Below, in pieces: positions 11,501 through 22,027 of a DNA stretch of 64,000 nt; within the stretch, counting starts at the first letter, position 1; the number at the start of each line of letters is the position of its first letter. The DNA lies in IMG/VR virus record IMGVR_UViG_2860823798_000002; one strand, written 5' to 3'. The position numbers and the translations under genes were made by a program. Source of the DNA: an uncultured virus (IMG/VR IMGVR_UViG_2860823798_000002) (Duplodnaviria; Heunggongvirae; Uroviricota; Caudoviricetes). The notes below the pieces were generated by a model. The model had not been told where the DNA came from, searched no databases, and saw only the letters and a list, made by a program, of their open reading frames with translations.

Positions 11501-14500
11501 AAAGTGTCTACTTGTTTTCTCATTTTGGAAAGATTGGCTTGCGCATCGGCAACAGTCTGGATTGATTTGACCTCTAAACCATAGTTCTTTATTTTCTTTA
11601 CTGTTGCGTTTGCCTGGTTGATTAGATCCTGTTTAACTGACTTTTGCATGTCGTTGTATGCTTTAAGTTTTGCATCACGTAGTTTTATGATAGCATCTCG
11701 GTTTAATTTAACTACGCCGTTTTCAACACTAATAGCTCCAGCCAAGTCTTTTTCTTTTTGAACCAGTTTCATTGCTTCAGCAGCTGAGATGCTTTTTCCT
11801 TCAGCCATTTTCTCAAGCAGTTCATTGAGAGGGGAGATGGAGTCAGCAAAAGAATCATATGCTTCATTTTGAAGGGCAGAAATAGCTAGTTCTGTTTGTT
11901 GAGAAGCCACCAGATCGTCCATTACAGCTTTTATTGCCTCTAGATCACCTTTGGCATCCTTGAGTTTTTGACTTAAATCTTCAACTTCTCCTGTTAATTC
12001 GCTTACACCTTCACCATTTTCATCCCAAGTGATCTTTGCAGAATCAGCAGCATTTTTTGTAGAGTCTATAGCATTCTTTAGGTCATCATAAGATAAGGAA
12101 AGTTTGTCAGCTTCATCAGAACCTTTGATTTGTTGGTTAATTAAATTCTGAAGTGCTTGAGATGCTCTTGAGAAATCAACTTTATTTCCTGATTCTAATG
12201 CTTTCTGAATGTCATCCATGTATTTTGAAACATTAATGGAAAACGACTCTAATTCATCAGAAGTCATCTTACTAAAGTCAATTTTATTGAAGGCTTCGTT
12301 AATATCTTTGGTTAACTGAGGGTTGATTTTAAGGGAGTTATAAGCGTCAACAGTTTGTAGCACCTGTTCTCTAAGTTTAGCTTGAGAACTAGATAACTTT
12401 TGGTTGACTTGAAGAGCTTGTTGTTCAGCTTTAATTCCAAAATTTTTATAATCACTGTCGCTGTCGAAGATATCCCAGAATGGTCGATCGTTGTTTTTAT
12501 AATGGTCTGCGACTTTTTGATACTCTTTCATTTCATCAGTCAGATTACTGATATCACTGAGGGTTTCTTTAAAGTTGCTATTTGCGCCAGTTTGAATATC
12601 TTTTTTGTTTAATTCGGCTAATTCTTTGGTGTACTTTATGGCATCTTCTAACGCTTCATTATTTTTAATGATGGCATTACCTTGGGAGTCATAGCCAGAA
12701 ATCAAATTAGGGAACGTTTGTGCTAATTGTTGCGTGACCTGTAGATATTCTTGCTCCTTGTCAGGGGAGAGGGAACCGTTATCTTTTGCTTTTTGCAGCT
12801 CTTTATATTTTTGTATTAACTGATCGGTCTGTTCTTTATTTGTGGTTATTGCTTCAACGCTTTTCTTTTGTGACTCTGCAAGCTTTTCTTGTTCTTGTTT
12901 AGCATCAGAAAAAGCAGAGACAAGTTTTTCGATTACGAAGCCTAAAGCCATGAAACCTGCACCAACAACTGTCGCAACCATTAATCCTCTAAGCGCAGTT
13001 TTCAGTAAGCTCGATGCAACTGCTGCACGAGTCATACCCGTACTTAAACCTATACTTGCAAGTGTTTCTTGTCTCATTGCAGAAGTACCGAGCACTAGTG
13101 CGGTTGCAAGAGTTCTTACATTCTTACTAAGAAGGAGAGTAACTGCGCTTGCTAATGCAAAAATACTTGGCAGGAATCCAATCGTTTTTATAACTTCTCC
13201 ACCGACTTGAACGATGTCTCTTAATGCTTCGGCAAAAGCAATTATTCCATCAGAGAGGAAAGCTTCACCTGCATTTGCTGCAAGACCTGTCCAAGCAGCA
13301 GATAATCTGTTTAGGCGACCTTCCAAACTTTCAGAGTAGCGTTCTTGCTCACGCATGGCGCTGTTCTGGCTATTCATAGCACTAGATGTCGCAGAAATTG
13401 CGGTGTCAAAATTTTCCATCAATCCTAGGAATCTCGTATTTTGGAACATGCCCGCTGTTGATACCCCGATTTGCTGCTTCTGTGCCTCAGAGAGGCTGTC
13501 CCACTTAGAAGCAAGATTCTCAAGAATTTCAGATACAGGTATAGCTTCTCCACCTACATCTTTAACTGCAATTCCTACACTCTCAAGACTTTTAATGGCT
13601 GCTCCATTTGTTTGGATTCTGGCGAATATTGTTTTTAAGGCGTTCAATTCTGTTACTTTCACCAAAAGGCTACTGACCATTATAAATGGCGGTGAGGCGC
13701 TTCAACCTCACTCTCTATGTTTCCATAGAGTTCAGACTGTCGCTTCACATTTCTGTGTCTCTTCACTCAGTCGTTCAGGCTACCATTACGCTTGCCCCTT
13801 GTCGTCCTCGACTAAACGTTAGGAGTTCCAAGTCAATCAGAAGAGATTTAATGTCAGCAATCATTTTACCGACAATGTTACCACTTTCTTTAGTGGATGA
13901 TTGAATGGCTGTAGTATCGAATCATTCCATACAACTCGCTACATTGTATGCGCTGTTTACTGCTTATAGTTACCTATAAGTCTAGACTATATCTTCATCC
14001 CATTGGGATGCCTCCCGTTTCGATTTAAGGGGGTCTCACCCACGCCAATAACTTGCGCCCTACTCGTTTTGCGGAATTTCACCGCCTATGCGATAGTCGT
14101 TGAACGTTCCTCAAATGAGGCTTCGCTGCTGATTGTCCTATAAGGAGTTCCCAGCAATTAGAGAGGTTTGTTACCTTTATATTGCTACAAAGGAGGACTA
14201 AGCTTAATCCCAATAACTCTTCCATACTCACGCCATATACTTTTGCAGCGGCAGCTGACTTTCTCATTGATTGAGCCAAGTCCAATGTACTTGTTTGGAA
14301 ATTATTATCAACCTCGTTCAATGCATCGGCGATTTTTAAGCTGTCTTTAGATTGAATTCCGAAGTTGACCATCGCTGCTGTGAGAGCTTTAACGGTATCT
14401 TCAGGTTGTAGTTCACTAATGTTCTCCATCATTTGAGCTGTCTTGGTTAGATCTAATAGCTCATCATCTTTGTAACCCATACGCCCAAATTCGTTCATTA

Positions 14501-15716
14501 TAGTTAGAACATCTGAAGTCTTGTTTGCTAACTCATCACTCAAATCAATAGATTTTTGAAGAAGCTCGTTAAACTTATAATCAGGTAAGTCCATAACCCG
14601 TCGTAAGCCAGTCATTTGAGTGTCAAGCGATATTACTTGGCTGGTGAGATCTTGAAGCAGTCTCAAAGGTGCATAAAAAAGTGTCATAGATGCCATCCAC
14701 ACAGGCACGCGGGACATTGCTACTTGAAGCTGCTCTCCAAAACTCATTGTCTGCCTTGTAGTAGCAGCAATGTTAGAGGACATTTCCCTAAACTGCACAT
14801 TAAGACTAGCCATCTGATTTCTTAGATTAGGTGTCCTTGCAGTTAATTGATTAACTGAATTCAAATACTGTTGAAGCTGTTGATTACTTGCATTGCTCAA
14901 TGAGCTGCCGTATCTGTTTTGCAGGTTCTGAGTATTTACCTGTGCTTGTCTTCTATATAGTTCTAACTGCCTTTCAAGCTCTTTAGTCTTTGCAACTGCT
15001 GCTGACTTGTCATCAAGAGTCTTAAGCTTGACTCTGAGTGCTTCAATTTGTTCTGTAGACTGAGCTAAATTAATTTTTCTTCCAAGAGAGGAGAGGGTGA
15101 CTTCAGACAGTTGCCCTTGCTCTTTTAGTCTTTGTAGGCTTACTCTAAGCTGTTCGATTGCTTTTCTTTGTTGATCAATATTTGTTACAGTGGTTGAGTT
15201 TTTAATATTCCCATTTTGGTCGAGATTGTACGTAATATCCTTAAAACCATCACGATTTTTTTGAGTAGTGCCTGTCTTGATACCTTGAGCATTTTGACGT
15301 TCAATTATCTTTTGAGCTTGGCCAAGCTTTTGAATTTCAGAGGTTAATTTTGCTGTTTCTTGAGTTTCTTGACGAATCTTTTGATTTCGATTATCAATCG
15401 TCTTAATTTCTCGCTGAAGTATTTCTCCATTCTTTTTGTGCTGCTGAATGATTTTTTCAGTTGTCCCATCAGCATTCTTAATGACCGTTTGTGTTTCTTT
15501 AACTGTCTGATTGTAATTCTTAAGATTTTTTTGATATGTTTCAATTGCAGAAGAGAATTCTTTGAGGGTTTTTAAAGCAGAAGCATCAATATTTGTTTGG
15601 AGCTGAAGGGAGTTTAACTTAGATTGTAGTGTTTTAAGTTGCTTGTTAATTTGTTCAACTGATTGAGCGGAGGTGTCGGCAACTGGAGTTACTACAATTT
15701 TTAATTGTTGACTCAA
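8548..15716 (-). CDS. yomI: tape measure protein with lytic transglycosylase and M23 peptidase domains (CwlP/YomI); 3 exons: 15716-14207, 13917-13868, 13644-8548; 2218 aa spliced
   Basis: Removing the two introns gives in-frame ...[32 protein letters not shown]...; SLT motif [10 protein letters not shown]23 motifs HKGTD and HLH. Confidence 0.93.
13645..13867 (-). ncRNA. group I intron 2 (223 nt, ORF-less, compact) in tape-measure gene
   Basis: P1 UGUCGGU/GCUGACA with U-G at splice site; P3 UCUCUUC/GAAGAGA; P7 GACUG/CAGUC; P8 and P9 GAAA tetraloops; terminal G; removal restores frame. Confidence 0.9.
13918..14206 (-). ncRNA. group I intron 1 (289 nt, ORF-less, IA-like) in tape-measure gene
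   Basis: 5' exon ends in U paired with G in P1 (GGAU/GUCC); P AAUUGCUGGGAA, Q AAUCAGCAGC, R GUUCAACGACUA, S AAGAUAUAGUCU; P3 CCUCUC/GGGAGG; P9 with GUAA loop; terminal G. Confidence 0.93.
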
Positions 15717-15766
15717 TTAATAATCACATCCTTTCAAAGAGGAGAGAGTGGGGGAGATGAGAAAAT

Positions 15767-15791
15767 AAAAAACTCTGCATTCAAGCAGAGT
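15767..15791 (-). terminator. intrinsic terminator after the endonuclease cassette
   Basis: ACTCTGC-TTGAAT-GCAGAGT followed by T run on minus strand. Confidence 0.7.
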
Positions 15792-15815
15792 CGAAAATCA
15801 CTTTATGTATAAGAA

Positions 15816-16049
15816 TTAGTTGTCTTCATCGATTTCTTCAGTATCCTCAATTTCAAGTCCCATATTAGAGGCTGGAAGGGTTATCTTATCCCCGTCAAAA
15901 TTTGTTAATGTTATTTCTTTCAGCTCTTCAAATTCACCAAAATCCAAAAGATCGTATTCGGTTAATCGTTTGGCTTCATCTTCAGAGTTTCCAAGTGTTG
16001 TTTGGCAAGCGGCTATAGTCAATGTCAAATGATTAACGTATTTTTTCAT
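15816..16049 (-). CDS. small acidic hypothetical protein
   Basis: ATG at 16049 with GGGAG RBS (shorter than track ORF). Confidence 0.65.
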   Translation of the reverse strand: MKKYVNHLTLTIAACQTTLGNSEDEAKRLTEYDLLDFGEFEELKEITLTNFDGDKITLPASNMGLEIEDTEEIDEDN

Positions 16050-16062
16050 TTTGCTCAACTCC

Positions 16063-17838
16063 CTAAGCCAAGATATTATGGTTTTTAAATTTCTTTTTAA
16101 GCCCATCAAAGTTGTCTTCTAAATCCCTAGGGTATAAGGAAATTAAAGTGATATTGTTTTTTTGACATATCTTTTTCTTTCTTAGAACTTTTTTTCTGTA
16201 TGCCTCTAATGTAACTAAGCCAAAGTACTCTACAATAATATTATTAATTAACCAATCACATCTTAGTTTCCCAGCCTCTGAATCATTAATTATTTCGCTA
16301 TAAAAAACTTCTTTTTTATACTTTATATCATTTTGATAAAGAAAATTTGTTATCTTCATTTCACTTTCTGACAAACATAAGTCTCCATTCAAAGAAATAA
16401 ACTTCCTTACTTTCGAAAAATTAACTACGAAATCTCTATGAATGCCTAACTTGGAAGCTTTCCAGATAATGTCCTCTTTTGAAAAAGGGGTGAGATTTTT
16501 CAGTAAATCACACCAATCCGTATTAGGATAATGCGATTTTAAATATTGAATTTGTTTTTCTGACCAGCGATTGTTACGGGATAGATTTACATTCATTTTT
16601 TTCAATTGATAGTAAATTGAGGCGGAATGTGAATAGTTGAAGTGATTGGCTATTTCCTGTATACTGTCTCCCGCCAAATACATTTCCTTCATTTTAAATA
16701 AATCATCGTCTGTGAAATCTTTTTTTTCCATATTAATTGGTAGGCCAGCCTTTTTTAGCGCATTATTCCAAGACCCGAAACGGTTTGTGAAGGTATCATA
16801 GTTTAAATCATTTCCCACAAAATCTTTTGCAACAGGGGTTCGATTGTATTTGTCGTAGAAATTCTTCAAAAAAGTTATTAAATACTCATTTGAGAATTTC
16901 TCCTTTCCAAATTTAGCCTTATAAGATCTTTTCAGTCCAAGGCTATTGGCTTTATGCTGTATGGTGCTTTTACTCCTTTTCTTAATAAGAGCATTGTTTA
17001 TTTCTTCATAAGAATAGTCAGCATACATACGCTTTAAGGTTTCGATGTCATCAACATACCATCTGTCACTAGTCATTACTCCAATACTCTCTAAAAACTT
17101 TACCCATCCCCCAAACTTTCGTTCGTAAACAGATGGGGAAGGGGAAGACGGATTTTTCTTTAAATCCTCTAAACTAGGGTATCTTCCAAGATCGTTCTTT
17201 AATTTCCAGTAAAAATTAATCAGATCCTCTTTTGTGAACTTTCTTTTTAAGGGTTTTCTGTAGTGAATTGAACAGTTGCATCTTGGGCTCTGTTTAACTG
17301 AACTCCATGTTCGTTCAGTTGGTTTTCCACATGGGCAAATAAGCAACATTTTTGAATTTGTATTTACATATTTCCCATCGGCTATTGAAAATCCATGTTC
17401 TTTTAGAAAGTTTTCAACATATGAAAAATCTGTTCTCTGTTTTTCAGCATTCTGATTTATTGCACAATCCTTACACCTTTGTCCTGCTCTAAATTTATTC
17501 CAAGTCTTATAATCTTTTTTCCCACACGAACAGATATAAGCCATCTTAGTAGAGCTATTAATATACATGGATTCAAGGAGCTCACAATTATTCTCTTTGA
17601 AAAATTTTTTCACATATTCAAAGTCTAGTTTATTCGGCTTCTTTGCTTTTTTTCTTACACATTTATTGCATTTTTTATGATGGCTGTTTCTAAATGAATA
17701 AAAATTTGTAGTTCCTATTTCTCCGCAAACACATCTGTAAGAAAGTATCTGCTTAACATTTTTAAATTCTGAAATAAGTTCACATCCATGTTTCTTGAAA
17801 TAATCTCGCACAAATTCATGAGTGTATATTTGAGCCAA
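16063..17838 (-). CDS. free-standing putative homing endonuclease (Zn-ribbon repeats, homing-endonuclease-associated repeats, C-terminal Vsr/DUF559-like PD-(D/E)xK nuclease)
   Basis: Three CxCG repeats; two RxPxxxD...RFGSWNNALKKAGL-type repeats; C-terminal SESE...CDWLINNIIVEYFG. Confidence 0.75.
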   Translation of the reverse strand: MAQIYTHEFVRDYFKKHGCELISEFKNVKQILSYRCVCGEIGTTNFYSFRNSHHKKCNKCVRKKAKKPNKLDFEYVKKFFKENNCELLESMYINSSTKMAYICSCGKKDYKTWNKFRAGQRCKDCAINQNAEKQRTDFSYVENFLKEHGFSIADGKYVNTNSKMLLICPCGKPTERTWSSVKQSPRCNCSIHYRKPLKRKFTKEDLINFYWKLKNDLGRYPSLEDLKKNPSSPSPSVYERKFGGWVKFLESIGVMTSDRWYVDDIETLKRMYADYSYEEINNALIKKRSKSTIQHKANSLGLKRSYKAKFGKEKFSNEYLITFLKNFYDKYNRTPVAKDFVGNDLNYDTFTNRFGSWNNALKKAGLPINMEKKDFTDDDLFKMKEMYLAGDSIQEIANHFNYSHSASIYYQLKKMNVNLSRNNRWSEKQIQYLKSHYPNTDWCDLLKNLTPFSKEDIIWKASKLGIHRDFVVNFSKVRKFISLNGDLCLSESEMKITNFLYQNDIKYKKEVFYSEIINDSEAGKLRCDWLINNIIVEYFGLVTLEAYRKKVLRKKKICQKNNITLISLYPRDLEDNFDGLKKKFKNHNILA

Positions 17839-18064
17839 TGATGTTCTCTCCCTTTTTAAATCCGTCCCAAGATATTTTTACATTATGTACTTTGACTGTT
17901 CCAAGAACTTTTCCATTCTTATGAAGTAGGGTCAATTCAGTTAGACCGACTCTGTCATCTGATATGGCATAGTATGAATCCAGTATGGCTAGATCTTGAG
18001 TTGTAGCATTAGAGATTCGAGATATTTCTAAATTCATCATGCCGTAAACTGTCTTACTAAGCAT
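17816..18064 (-). CDS. hypothetical protein
   Basis: 82-aa ORF with GGGGAG RBS, overlapping endonuclease start. Confidence 0.6.
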   Translation of the reverse strand: MLSKTVYGMMNLEISRISNATTQDLAILDSYYAISDDRVGLTELTLLHKNGKVLGTVKVHNVKISWDGFKKGENIIGSNIHS

Positions 18065-18109
18065 TGTTAACAGCTCCCCAATGTATATTTAGTTCGACTT
18101 CACGTACCT

Positions 18110-18138
18110 AATATACACATAAGTGAATAACGTGTCAA
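18110..18138 (-). promoter_or_regulatory. sigmaA-type promoter for the endonuclease cassette
   Basis: TTGACA-N17-TATATT on minus strand. Confidence 0.6.
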
Positions 18139-18225
18139 CATTATATATACTTTATATTTGACATATCGATTATTTGGTATGGTTTGTGGTATAATAACTA
18201 TAGATTTTCAAAAAGGAGATTTGCG

Positions 18226-18459
18226 GTGAAGAAATTAAGAATCAGCTTTAAACCCATGGAAATAACTTTGATACGGAGAGATAAAAATAGAACTGATCTG
18301 AAGAAGGATTTAGGAGTATCACCATCAACCTTAGCGAAAATGTCTAAAGGTGAAGTGGTTTCATTGGCAGTCATTCTGAAAATCTGCGAATACTTAGAAT
18401 GCAATATTGAAGAAGTGGTAGAGTTTGTTGAAGATGAAACTGTAGATGCAAATAAATAA
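18226..18459 (+). CDS. Xre/Cro-like HTH transcriptional regulator
   Basis: LGVSPSTLAKMSKGE..SL.VILKICEYLECNIEEVV; GTG start with AAGGAG RBS. Confidence 0.88.
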   Translation: MKKLRISFKPMEITLIRRDKNRTDLKKDLGVSPSTLAKMSKGEVVSLAVILKICEYLECNIEEVVEFVEDETVDANK

Positions 18460-18468
18460 GTCGCCCAA

Positions 18469-19167
18469 TTAATGAGCGACTTGATTTGCTTTTCTTATGG
18501 CTAAGTCCATAACTCCTTGCCAGTACTCAGCTTTCTTAAGAGCAGTTTTGATTATGTCACTGTCTTTTTTATAACCAACAGGGTTATAACCAGGAGAATC
18601 ATGTCCGGGGAGAAAATCAATGTAGTGAACAGGGTTTTTAAAATCTTCCACTGTAATTTTCATGGTAATTGATTTCACCATTGTAACTTGCTTTGACCCA
18701 GAAGAAAGACCGCCAATTATTGCCCCAACTCCTCCAGCCAAAACCCCACCAATGGCTGCACCTGTAATCTGCTCACCTCTAGCGGTTTTCGATACTGTTT
18801 CGTTGTCTAATGCAATAGATGACTCAACTATCTGTGAAAAAGGGTAGGAGAACTCAATAATTTCATTCTGTTCATTCCGTTCATATAACTTTAAAATACC
18901 TTTAGATTCGTTGAACGATATTTTTTTGTTGTAATTAGTAAAAGAACCGTCGGCTTTGAAGTCTTTATCGTATTCTTTTAGCGTTTCAACATTGTTTCTA
19001 AATTTATTAGCTAATTGTTTATTTCGTATTTTATACGGCTCGGTTGCCAAAAGTAATACTCCCAGTATGGTGAGTATCACAGCAAAAGCTCTCCATCCGT
19101 CCATAAAATAGAAGAAGGCTGTCAATACTCCATATAAAATATAAAATAAAACCTTATTATTCACCAA
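18469..19167 (-). CDS. membrane-anchored protein, YomJ-like (possible superinfection immunity)
   Basis: Two N-terminal TM helices, Gly-zipper GAAIGGVLAGGVGAIIGG; position upstream of tape measure. Confidence 0.65.
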   Translation of the reverse strand: MVNNKVLFYILYGVLTAFFYFMDGWRAFAVILTILGVLLLATEPYKIRNKQLANKFRNNVETLKEYDKDFKADGSFTNYNKKISFNESKGILKLYERNEQNEIIEFSYPFSQIVESSIALDNETVSKTARGEQITGAAIGGVLAGGVGAIIGGLSSGSKQVTMVKSITMKITVEDFKNPVHYIDFLPGHDSPGYNPVGYKKDSDIIKTALKKAEYWQGVMDLAIRKANQVAH

Positions 19168-19261
19168 ACCACCTCATCACACAACAATATGCCTACAGTA
19201 TACCACAATTTTCTTTCTCAGGAATGTTTATCTTGAGCAGAAGGGAAGAGGGAGAGGTTCA

Positions 19262-19426
19262 TCAATTTCCACTCACAGTCTCAACAAAACGCTGTCTATA
19301 CAGTTCTTTTCTCTTTTCAAGGTCATCAGTACTATCACCACATTGGCTTATAAGAATCGATTCAGCTGAAAACCACTCTTCAAGAACCTCTTCGAATACT
19401 TCTAAAACTTCACAATAGTTTTTCAT
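19262..19426 (-). CDS. small hypothetical protein (54 aa, not in ORF track)
   Basis: MKNYCEVLEVFEEVLEEWF...VSGN*, AGGTG RBS. Confidence 0.5.
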   Translation of the reverse strand: MKNYCEVLEVFEEVLEEWFSAESILISQCGDSTDDLEKRKELYRQRFVETVSGN

Positions 19427-19487
19427 GGGCTTTTCACCTATTCTTTGGTATATTATTCTTGTTCATGAAAAAAGGGGGACTTATTCT

Positions 19488-20228
19488 ATGCAGGATGCGC
19501 TCTATTTGCTCGATGAAGCAGAACAGGCTTTAGAGGATATATCTAAATTACACGATAAGGCTCTAGCTTCTGAAGATTTGCAACGTACCTTAGCCTTTAA
19601 AATTAAAAATTTTTTGGCTGCTTTGAACTCTTCTTTGGATTACGCTGCATATTATATCTTTGAAGTGTTTTGTCTTGAGAATGCCTCGGCAGTTTACGAT
19701 AATATTGAATACATAAAACGAAAAATATATTTTCCGGCCTATAAAAAAGAAAAAATTTTTGAAGAGCAGGTTAATAAACATTTTGTGGGCTTAAAGGAAG
19801 ACCATAATTTTCTTTATGAAGTATTTAAGATGCCCCAAGAGTTCGAAATCGGCTCATCCTGGTTAACTGACTTTAAAAAACATTGTAATGAAACCAAACA
19901 CGTAAGACTCACACGAAACAAAAAGCTCTATTCTGGAACATTGGATTATTTGTCATTCCCAGAGGGTATTACTATGCTGAATAATAAGTTTGAAGGAGTA
20001 GGGCAGGTTTTGACAGTGAATGATGTTCCTTTTGATCCTGATAATCCACATAACCATCCTTACATAAATCAGTATGAAGGAGAATTCACTTCATACTTTT
20101 CCTTTGAAGGTAGTAGTAAACCTATCGTTAAAACTCTTGAATTTTATTTGAACATGGTTATGGAGATCGTAACTAATATAAATGATTATTGTGAATCTCA
20201 ACAAATTAAACCATCAAAAGAGAGTTGA
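19488..20228 (+). CDS. hypothetical accessory protein
   Basis: ATG with GGGGG RBS; opposite to late operon; NFLAALNSSLDY and NETKH resemble a degenerate HEPN pattern (weak). Confidence 0.7.
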   Translation: MQDALYLLDEAEQALEDISKLHDKALASEDLQRTLAFKIKNFLAALNSSLDYAAYYIFEVFCLENASAVYDNIEYIKRKIYFPAYKKEKIFEEQVNKHFVGLKEDHNFLYEVFKMPQEFEIGSSWLTDFKKHCNETKHVRLTRNKKLYSGTLDYLSFPEGITMLNNKFEGVGQVLTVNDVPFDPDNPHNHPYINQYEGEFTSYFSFEGSSKPIVKTLEFYLNMVMEIVTNINDYCESQQIKPSKES

Positions 20229-20556
20229 GCTGTTTCTTTTCTAGTGACTCTATTTATATCTTGAGATTTTAGAACAACAGGGTGTATTATAAATAATAAC
20301 AAAACCTGCTTTGTAATCTCGTCAGTCTCGACACCCTTACAATCTTTTAAAATGTTTGTCCAGTACTTCGAAATAGTGAGTAGCAGGTTTCTCTCTAATT
20401 CAGGGGTCTGGACATTTTTTCGACATGAATCATTTCATCACAATTAACGATTTTCCACAATGAAACAAGCTGAAGACTATTATTTAAAATAATCTACTCC
20501 CTAGTGCCTGAAAGTTCTGATTATGATTTAATGTAAATTAAGATAGGGGGGTATTA

Positions 20557-20898
20557 ATGATGAGATTACTTATTGGTTTTATATTCGGGGCTTTAGGGGC
20601 GGTTGTAATGTATAACGTCAAATCAAACTTTTCCTTCCCTGCCACAACAACTGTTTTAGTGGTTCTTGTGGCTGCTTGTTTGGTTTTTGACTTAATTAAA
20701 GGTAAGAGGAGTCAAGATCAGGGAGATAGAAAATATGGGGTTATATGGTGGATTGCAACACTCCTCATGCTTCTAGTGATGACTTTTAATACTGTCTTTT
20801 TAAAAATTGACCCTAAGTATAATATCATCGTTGTATTGATTCACATTTTGTCCATGCTAATCATTAAGAGTAAATGGAAGAAAGTTAAGACAGATTAA
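20557..20898 (+). CDS. small 4-TM membrane protein
   Basis: Four hydrophobic segments; RBS; terminator follows. Confidence 0.75.
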   Translation: MMRLLIGFIFGALGAVVMYNVKSNFSFPATTTVLVVLVAACLVFDLIKGKRSQDQGDRKYGVIWWIATLLMLLVMTFNTVFLKIDPKYNIIVVLIHILSMLIIKSKWKKVKTD

Positions 20899-20921
20899 GC
20901 AGGTGATCAGCCTGCTTTTTT
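20897..20921 (+). terminator. intrinsic terminator
   Basis: AAGCAGG-TGATCAG-CCTGCTT plus T run. Confidence 0.75.
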
Positions 20922-20999
20922 CGTTCCATCTTGGCAGACTCATTTCCAGTGTCTGCAATGGGTTTTTCAACTTCAATTTCAAAATTAAAAGACATCCAG

Positions 21000-21464
21000 T
21001 TAAGATGCCTTTTCTTTCTCTCTTTCAGCTTTAACTTGCTCCAGTAAGCTTTTTAAATAAACAGCGTTAATACGCCTACGTGTTTCTCTGGCAATCATTT
21101 TTAACAATATTCCTGTTATAACCGAAGTCACAATAAAAGCATACCAAATATTAATTTCCATATAAAGTTTTAATGATAATCCAACCAAAGCAACTATCGC
21201 GGCAAAATATTTTGAATGATCAAATTGGGATTCAACTTTTGTTGCCTTTGCAATCCCATAAAATAATCCATCATTGTCAAGACCTCGTAAAAGGTTTAAC
21301 ATATCAACACAGTTTCCTTCTGATTTAACTGAAAAACAAGTTTCGATAAATACATGGAATTCTTCATCCGATGCAGTTAAGAAAAAGTGCTTTGCATCTT
21401 CTTTAGACCAATTTTTCACATCTTCAAGGTCTATATCGTTTTTCTTTCTTCTAAACGGCCACAT
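21000..21464 (-). CDS. 2-TM membrane protein (paralog of 22028-22486)
   Basis: GAGGTG RBS; ends SLLEQVKAEREKE. Confidence 0.7.
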   Translation of the reverse strand: MWPFRRKKNDIDLEDVKNWSKEDAKHFFLTASDEEFHVFIETCFSVKSEGNCVDMLNLLRGLDNDGLFYGIAKATKVESQFDHSKYFAAIVALVGLSLKLYMEINIWYAFIVTSVITGILLKMIARETRRRINAVYLKSLLEQVKAEREKEKAS

Positions 21465-21577
21465 ATCACACATTCACCTCAAAGTGATTATCGGTCGCAA
21501 TTGGAAAAATTTAAAGAGAAGGGAGGGAAAAGCGCCCTATATGCCAAATAAAAAAGACATCCTTTAGGATGCCTTGG

Positions 21578-21952
21578 TTAGTTTTTAAGTAATTCTGCTG
21601 CCAATTTTATTGCTATGTCTTTTATTTCATTGTAGCCGCCTTTAGCCAGTTTGCGTGCTATCTCTTTAAGTTTTTCAGGTTTACTAAGGTGTTCGTCAAT
21701 TTTCAATTTTTCCTCAACACAATTTATTCCAAAGCGACTGAGATAAGCAAACTGCAAAAGTACGCCGTATGGCTTCGTATATTTAACATTATTTAAGAAT
21801 CCTTCGTTCTCAAGCTTTTTAATTGCTTCGTAAAACATTTGCTGACTCATTCCTAAACTGTTTGCATCTACATTTTCAAGCATAGGTAAATCCTTTTGAT
21901 ATTCTAAATAAAGGGCGACTAAAACCCTTTCTTTTGCATTCAATTCAGTCAT
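21578..21952 (-). CDS. winged-helix protein (YjcQ-like)
   Basis: LGMSQQMFYEAIKKLENEGFL...LSRFGINCVE. Confidence 0.6.
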   Translation of the reverse strand: MTELNAKERVLVALYLEYQKDLPMLENVDANSLGMSQQMFYEAIKKLENEGFLNNVKYTKPYGVLLQFAYLSRFGINCVEEKLKIDEHLSKPEKLKEIARKLAKGGYNEIKDIAIKLAAELLKN

Positions 21953-22027
21953 TTTCTCACCACCAGTAATATTTTCCTCAATTATAACATCGATTCAGAC
22001 TGCGTGGTTTTCTGTATCCTCTTTTGC

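Noticed and set aside
13355..14350. Plus-strand ORFs over the intron region as intron-encoded proteins
   Set aside because: Antisense to the introns, no nuclease motifs or RBS
14079..15716. 545-aa and 1710-aa track ORFs as two separate genes or a pseudogene
   Set aside because: Their ends run into intron sequence; splicing gives one continuous protein
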